NCBI GenBank assembly: GCA_964449305.1
Contig: CAYUYM010000001.1
Span: 32,160-96,159, forward strand
Origin: an uncultured Chromatiales bacterium
GTDB lineage: Bacteria; Bacteroidota; Ignavibacteria; SZUA-365; CAYQST01
Reading direction: 5' to 3'
Length of the DNA: 64,000 nt
Position numbers and translations under genes: made by a program. Shown here in pieces: positions 58,682-64,000 of the stretch. Under the pieces are notes generated by a model. It was not told where the DNA came from and searched no databases. It worked only from the letters and a program-made list of their open reading frames with translations. How positions within the stretch are numbered: position 1 is the first letter of the stretch; the number at the start of each line of letters is the position of its first letter.

Positions 58682-59845
58682 ATGCGAAACTTTCTCTCCC
58701 ACACTCTCCCACTGACGATGCTGGCCCTGTTGACCACCCTGTGTGCGGACATCGCACGCGCCCAGGGTGCGGCCTCCACCGCAGTGCCCTTCCTGCTCAT
58801 CTCCCCCGCGGCACGCACCTCCGCGATCGGTGAGGCAGGAGTCGCGATTGCCGACGATGCGTCCGCGACGTTCTGGAACCCGGCAGGGCTCGGTTTCCAG
58901 CGGGGGCAGGAGCTTTCCCTGAGCCACTCGAACTGGCTCCCGCAGTTCCAGCAATCCGATCTCTTCTTTGAGTACGCCAACTACAAGGGCTACTTCCCGA
59001 GCATCGGTGGTACGCTGGGCGCGGCATTGACCTTCCTGAACCTCGGTGAATTCGAGCGCCGTGGTGAGGGCAACGAATACCTCGGAAAATTCAAGAGCTT
59101 TGAACTCGCCTTCTCCACCTGCTACGGCACACAGATCGACGAGGATCTCTCGCTCGGTCTCGGCCTCCGGGTGATCCACAGCAGCCTGTCGCCTGTGGGC
59201 ACGGCGCAGGAGGCTGGCACAGGCAACGCGACCACGGTTGCCGGTGACATCGGCGTCATCTACCGCCCGTCCAAGTTCATGCTTCCCTTCGCCGATGTCG
59301 ATCTCGGCAACAGCTTCTCCCTTGGCGCATCCATCACCAATGCAGGACCCTCGATCAGCTATGTGGACCGCGCCCAGGCCGATCCCCTTCCGACAGCCCT
59401 CCGCCTCGGCGTCGCGATCAACCTCGTCAACGAGGAGTACAACAAGCTGACCTGGACGGCGGATTTCGCCAAGCTCCTTGTCTCCCGCACAGGGAAGCAG
59501 GCCGATCCGTTCACGAAGGCCATCTTCAAATCCTTCGACGTCCCGAACGTGCTCACCACCTTCACCTTTGGCACGGGCTTTGAGTACTGGTACTCGCAGC
59601 AGTTCGCCCTTCGCGCCGGATTCTTCCACGAGGATCCGAACCAGGGCAACCGCCGCTTCCTCACCTTCGGCGCCGGCGTGCGCTACGACATGTACGGGTT
59701 CGACTTCAGCTACATCTCCACCGACATCTCCAACGAGCAGAGCCCGCTGTCCAACACCCTGCGTTTCACCCTCTCGGTCGACTGGGACAAGGGCGGTGCG
59801 GAGGATGACACACAGCGGACACCCCAGGACGATTCCCGCAACTGA
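58682..59845 (+). CDS. porV: PorV (LptO) T9SS outer-membrane shuttle beta-barrel
   Basis: It has a signal peptide. The PorV N-terminal signature is AVPFLLISPAARTSAIGEAGVAIADDASATFWNPAGL. The protein is about 387 aa. The C-terminal half has a FadL-like barrel composition. The gene sits adjacent to porU, as in other T9SS loci. Confidence 0.75.
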   Translation: MRNFLSHTLPLTMLALLTTLCADIARAQGAASTAVPFLLISPAARTSAIGEAGVAIADDASATFWNPAGLGFQRGQELSLSHSNWLPQFQQSDLFFEYANYKGYFPSIGGTLGAALTFLNLGEFERRGEGNEYLGKFKSFELAFSTCYGTQIDEDLSLGLGLRVIHSSLSPVGTAQEAGTGNATTVAGDIGVIYRPSKFMLPFADVDLGNSFSLGASITNAGPSISYVDRAQADPLPTALRLGVAINLVNEEYNKLTWTADFAKLLVSRTGKQADPFTKAIFKSFDVPNVLTTFTFGTGFEYWYSQQFALRAGFFHEDPNQGNRRFLTFGAGVRYDMYGFDFSYISTDISNEQSPLSNTLRFTLSVDWDKGGAEDDTQRTPQDDSRN

Positions 59846-59983
59846 TCGCCGAGGCACGCAGGCATTGCATGACGCTGCATCGCCACACGACAGTCCCACG
59901 ATTTCACGCACCCCGCCCTCACCGGCGGGGTTGCGCATAGATACGGCGGTGTTCCCGCCATTCGCGACCACTCCGGACATTTC

Positions 59984-62900
59984 ATGAAGGTCACCATGCG
60001 CGCATATTCACGGCCAACCCTCCCGCTGCTCACCCTTGTCGTCACCCTGGGCATTCTCGCCCAGCCACCGTCGGCCGTCCACGCCCAGGGCATCATCCCG
60101 AAGCTCGGGCACAGCCTGCAGGCCGGTGTGCGATCCACGCTGAGGCCGCTGCCCGACACCATCCGCGTGCTGGCAGTGCGTGTGGAATTCCAGGCCGACA
60201 ACAGCAGCACCACCTCGGGGACGGGGAAGTTCGGCACGATCTACTCCTACGACTACGGGCAGGAGGTGATCGATCCCTACCCGCACGATCGCGCCTACTT
60301 CGTCAACCACATGCGCTTTCTCGAGAACTATGTGGCCAAGGTGTCCGGCGGGCGCACAACCCTGGTGGGCACGGTGCTCGACAGCATCGTGACGGTGTCC
60401 AGGCAGATCAAGGACTACAGCCCGCGGCGCGGGGAGATCGACACCCCTGTGGCGAACCTTGCCGTGGAGGCATGGACACTGGTGGATCAGCGCTTCCCGG
60501 AGATCGACCTGCGCGCCTACGACATGTTCATCGTGTTCCACGCCGGCAAGGGGCGCGACGTGGACATGACATCAATCCAGGGCTATGATCCGACGCCGCA
60601 GGACATCCCTTCGCTCTCCTTCACGCTGGACGGCTTCCGCAAATTCTACGGCCAGGAGTATCAAGGCATTCCCGTCCGTGGCGGGTCGTTCCACCTGACG
60701 AACTGCTCGGTGATCCCGACGAACGACAGCCGTGAGATCGACCAGATCGACGGAAGCAAGACGCTGCTCGAGCTCACGATCAACGGATTATTGGCGGCGA
60801 GCTTCGGCACCTGGGCCGGCCTGCCCGACCTGTTCGACACGAAGACCGGGCGCACAGGCATCGGCCGTTTCGGGCTGATGGACGGGGAATCGATCTTCGC
60901 CTATGGCGGCATCGCCCCGCCCGCGCCATCAGCATGGGAGAAGCAGATGCTCACCTGGGCGCAGGCCAGGGACGCGGCACCCGGCCGGCAGGAGTACCTG
61001 CTCAACGCAGGGCGCACCGATCAGGCGCTCACTTCCGGCGTGTTGCGCGTGCCCATCACGGGCCGCGAATACTGGCTGGTGGAGAACCGCCACCGCGATC
61101 CCGCTGGAAACGGCCAGCGGGTGACCATGGTCTCCGGCGGTCGCGAAATCCAGATGCGTTTCCCCAAGGACACGCTCGGCTTCGAGAACAGCAGCGTCGC
61201 CGCATTGAAGGGGGTGGTGATCGATGTGGAGGATCTGGACTGGGCGCTGCCTGGCGGAACGGTGATCGGCGATGCGGGGCAGCAGATCGCCGTCAATGGC
61301 GGAGCGCTGATCTGGCATGTGGACGAGGATGTGATTGATGCCGGACTCGCCTCCAACACCGTCAATGCCAATGCCGACCGCCGCGGTGTGGATCTGGAGC
61401 AGGCCGGTGGACCGCAGGACATCGGCAAGCCCGTCACCACCGTGTTCGGCACCTCAATCGGTGCGGGATCGCCGCTCGACTTCTGGTTCAAGGGCAACAT
61501 CTCCCCTGTCTATGCCAACCGTTTCGGGGCGTATACGCAGCCCTCCACCGCCACGAATGGCGGCGCCTTCTCGCATGTGGGGATGGACAACTTCAGCAGC
61601 TCCGGCCCGATCATCTCCTTCACCGTGACATTGGGTGACCAGCAGTTCGCCCCGATGACCGGCTTTCCGGTGGACCTCCGTGAGATGATCCACAGTGAAC
61701 GAAGCCGGGGCACGGTGCAGACCATTGATGCGACGGACGACGGGCCCGCCGAGATCTTCGCCGCGGTGACGCCCTTCGGCGCCGGCCGCGTGGACAGCGG
61801 CTACGTGTTTGCCGTGAGGCAGAATGGACGTCCGCTGCAGCCGGTGACCGGAAGCGCGCTCATCGCCGCGGTGCCCGACATCGTGGAATGGCTCGCGCCG
61901 CCGATCTGCCGCGATCTGGACGGCGACGGCGTGCTGGAGCTTGCCATCACCGCCCGGCGCTCCACCGGCACGGAGCTCCTGATTTTCCGGGCCTCCAATT
62001 TCATGGACGACGGCCGCTTCGATCTGATCGCGACCATCCCTGGCGTCGTCACCATGGCTCCGCTCGCCGACGGACCTGTGCTGTGGTATGCCGTATCCGG
62101 AACGGATGGCGACATACTGATGCGCTGGGGCGGGCCGGCATCGATCCGCATACCCGGCGGTGCCACGGGGAGTGTGCGGCTGGCGCTTGCGGGCGCCGAC
62201 CGGCTCCTTGTCGCGACACCGGCATGGCAGGGGTTCTGCACCCCGTCCACCGGCGTGTTCACGCAGGCCACGTCGTGGAGCGCTCCGGTGCGGCGCATGC
62301 AGCCGGGAGGAGGCGCAGTGAACTGCGTGAGCGCGGACTTTGACGGCGATGGCACGGCCGATGGAGCGGCCCTCGAGGGAGGGCGCATCCTGCTGAGCCT
62401 CTCGTCGCAGCACGGGCTCCCCGTCGGCAGCAGCATCCCGGTGACGATTCCGCTGGCCGCATTCCGGCAGACGCTGGCCGCAGCCGATGTGGACGGGGAC
62501 GGCCGCGACGATCTCCTGATCGCCGACAGCACGACGATGCAGGTGCTGAACCTCGCGCTCGCGTCGGTGGATGCCTGGCCGCTCGGCATCGGTGCACAGT
62601 ACGCCCTGGCAGCCCGACTCGGCGGTGACCGCCATGACGCGGTGCTCGTGGTGGAGCGCGGCATCCTTCAGCAGCGCGGTGCAGGCGCCGTGTCGAAGCC
62701 CGGCTTCCCCGTGGCCCTGCCGGAGAACGCCGCGGTGGCACTCTTCGGCGCAACGGCGGGGCAGACGCATGCGGCGGCCGTGGCGGCCGTGGGCGAGGCG
62801 CGCATCTTCGCCGGCATCACGACGCACGACATGGCCCTCAGCAGCCTTCCCTGGCCATCGCTCTTCGGTGGCGACGGCAACACCAACCGTGTGACGGTGC

Positions 62901-63208
62901 CACCGGGCGGCACGACGGAGCGAAGCTTCTTTCCGCCGGAGCGCTGTTACAGCTGGCCGAATCCCGCCTACGAGGGCGTGGCGAAGATCCGCTTTCACGT
63001 GGCGGAGAACGCCGAGGTGACGGTGAAGATCTACGACATCGCCGGCGCCACGGTGGACGAGCTCCACACCCATGCCATCGGCGGAGTGGACAACGAGATC
63101 GACTGGCCGCTGGCGGCGATACAGAACGGCGTGTATCTCGCCCATGTGAAGGCCACAGCTCCCGGGGCCTCCGGGGAGAAGATCATCAAGATTGCCGTGG
63201 TGAAATGA
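59984..63208 (+). CDS. Large T9SS-secreted protein with FG-GAP/VCBS-type Ca-binding repeats; N-terminal domain of unknown function
   Basis: It has a signal peptide. The DxDxDG repeats are CRDLDGDGVLEL, DFDGDGTADG and DVDGDGRDDLL. The CTD is YSWPNPAYEGVAKIRF...KIAVVK. No HExxH motif was found in the N-domain. Confidence 0.65.
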   Translation: MKVTMRAYSRPTLPLLTLVVTLGILAQPPSAVHAQGIIPKLGHSLQAGVRSTLRPLPDTIRVLAVRVEFQADNSSTTSGTGKFGTIYSYDYGQEVIDPYPHDRAYFVNHMRFLENYVAKVSGGRTTLVGTVLDSIVTVSRQIKDYSPRRGEIDTPVANLAVEAWTLVDQRFPEIDLRAYDMFIVFHAGKGRDVDMTSIQGYDPTPQDIPSLSFTLDGFRKFYGQEYQGIPVRGGSFHLTNCSVIPTNDSREIDQIDGSKTLLELTINGLLAASFGTWAGLPDLFDTKTGRTGIGRFGLMDGESIFAYGGIAPPAPSAWEKQMLTWAQARDAAPGRQEYLLNAGRTDQALTSGVLRVPITGREYWLVENRHRDPAGNGQRVTMVSGGREIQMRFPKDTLGFENSSVAALKGVVIDVEDLDWALPGGTVIGDAGQQIAVNGGALIWHVDEDVIDAGLASNTVNANADRRGVDLEQAGGPQDIGKPVTTVFGTSIGAGSPLDFWFKGNISPVYANRFGAYTQPSTATNGGAFSHVGMDNFSSSGPIISFTVTLGDQQFAPMTGFPVDLREMIHSERSRGTVQTIDATDDGPAEIFAAVTPFGAGRVDSGYVFAVRQNGRPLQPVTGSALIAAVPDIVEWLAPPICRDLDGDGVLELAITARRSTGTELLIFRASNFMDDGRFDLIATIPGVVTMAPLADGPVLWYAVSGTDGDILMRWGGPASIRIPGGATGSVRLALAGADRLLVATPAWQGFCTPSTGVFTQATSWSAPVRRMQPGGGAVNCVSADFDGDGTADGAALEGGRILLSLSSQHGLPVGSSIPVTIPLAAFRQTLAAADVDGDGRDDLLIADSTTMQVLNLALASVDAWPLGIGAQYALAARLGGDRHDAVLVVERGILQQRGAGAVSKPGFPVALPENAAVALFGATAGQTHAAAVAAVGEARIFAGITTHDMALSSLPWPSLFGGDGNTNRVTVPPGGTTERSFFPPERCYSWPNPAYEGVAKIRFHVAENAEVTVKIYDIAGATVDELHTHAIGGVDNEIDWPLAAIQNGVYLAHVKATAPGASGEKIIKIAVVK

Positions 63209-63240
63209 TGCATCGCGCCACCTGCCATCCGCTTCATCCC

Positions 63241-64000
63241 ATGCCGCGCATCATGCGCCTCACCCTCGTCACCCTTGTCCTGCTTGCATGCACGGCGCCC
63301 GGACTGCGGGCCCAGCCGGAGAACTGGTCCGCCCCCGACCGCGCGTGGTTCACGATCGACACGAAGCATTTCCGCGTGCACTTCCACGAGGGGGCGGAGC
63401 GCACCGCCCGCGCCGCGGCAAAGATCGCCGAGGAGGTGTACGGGCCGATCACATCGCTCTACGGCCACGAGCCCGACAGCCGCGTGGATCTCATCATGAA
63501 GGATCTGTCGGACTACTCGAACGGCGCGGCGTACTTCTTCAACAACAAGATCGAGCTGTGGGCCTCGCCACTCGACTTCGAGCTCCGCGGCACGCACAAC
63601 TGGCTGCGCAACGTCATCAGCCACGAGTTCACGCACATCATCCAGATGCAGGCCTCGATGAAGTTCGGCCGGCTGTTTCCCGCGGTCACGCTGCAATGGT
63701 TCGGCTACGAACGCGAGCGCCGCAGCGACGTGCTCTTCGGCTTCCCGAACCTGCTCATCTCCTACCCGATCCCAAGCGCGGTGGTGCCCCCCTGGATGGC
63801 GGAGGGCACGGCCCAGTACATGCGCCGCGAGTTCGGCTATGAAAGCTGGGATGCGCATCGTGACATGATCCTGCGATCCTATGTGCTCGCCGACTCCATG
63901 CTCACCTGGCAGGACATGCAGGCCTTCGGCAAGACGAGCCTCGGCAACGAGAGCGTCTACAACGCCGGCTACGCCTTCGTCCGCTACATCGCCAAAACCC
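63241..64000 (+). CDS. Secreted putative zinc metalloprotease (HEFTH motif), partial. It continues beyond the window end.
   Basis: The frame begins MPRIMRLTLVTLVLLACTAPGLRAQ, a signal peptide. It contains VISHEFTHIIQ, an HExxH motif. The track ORF 63288..63842 is in a different frame and is R/G/P-rich shadow. Confidence 0.45.
   Translation, partial: MPRIMRLTLVTLVLLACTAPGLRAQPENWSAPDRAWFTIDTKHFRVHFHEGAERTARAAAKIAEEVYGPITSLYGHEPDSRVDLIMKDLSDYSNGAAYFFNNKIELWASPLDFELRGTHNWLRNVISHEFTHIIQMQASMKFGRLFPAVTLQWFGYERERRSDVLFGFPNLLISYPIPSAVVPPWMAEGTAQYMRREFGYESWDAHRDMILRSYVLADSMLTWQDMQAFGKTSLGNESVYNAGYAFVRYIAKT

Overview
High-GC (roughly 65-68%) bacterial chromosomal window, with GC3-rich coding on both strands. 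Long antisense shadow ORFs rich in R/G/D/H are common in the ORF track and were discounted. The gene content points to a Bacteroidota/Rhodothermota-like organism. Eight proteins end in a recognisable type IX secretion (T9SS) C-terminal sorting domain of the NYPNPFNP...R..Y type. A PorU (C25 peptidase) and PorV pair is present. A Bacteroidetes-style -33 TTG / -7 TAnnTTTG promoter motif sits upstream of a nuoABCDEF operon that is followed by an unknown gene. Housekeeping genes include deoA, an NAD-dependent epimerase, a UdgB-like UDG, lpdA, btpA-like, nadA, glmS, phhB, pyrE, an acyl-CoA ligase, mntP, dapD, pduO-type adenosyltransferase, deoxynucleoside kinase, a TonB-dependent receptor, tRNA-Leu(GAG) and tRNA-Lys(UUU), a HAD phosphatase, fRMsr, a CrtW-type carotenoid ketolase and two MOP-family flippases. 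The accessory content I find most interesting is listed below. (1) Three tandem paralogous T9SS cargo genes share a conserved double dockerin-like Cys-containing module ahead of the CTD. (2) A 45-bp AT-rich composite palindrome lies in the lpdA divergent promoter. (3) A CRTAC1/FG-GAP T9SS gene is disrupted by a 16-nt insertion containing a C8/G8 run. (4) A lamin-tail-domain + double-HKD (PLD-family) T9SS-secreted putative nuclease is present. (5) A roughly 880-aa protein of unknown function, with a C-terminal TM hairpin, sits between T9SS cargo genes. (6) AT-rich structured non-coding islands occur upstream of glmS, between the divergent T9SS paralogs, and between ntrC-like and dapD. No CRISPR array, transposase, integrase or restriction-modification genes were seen.
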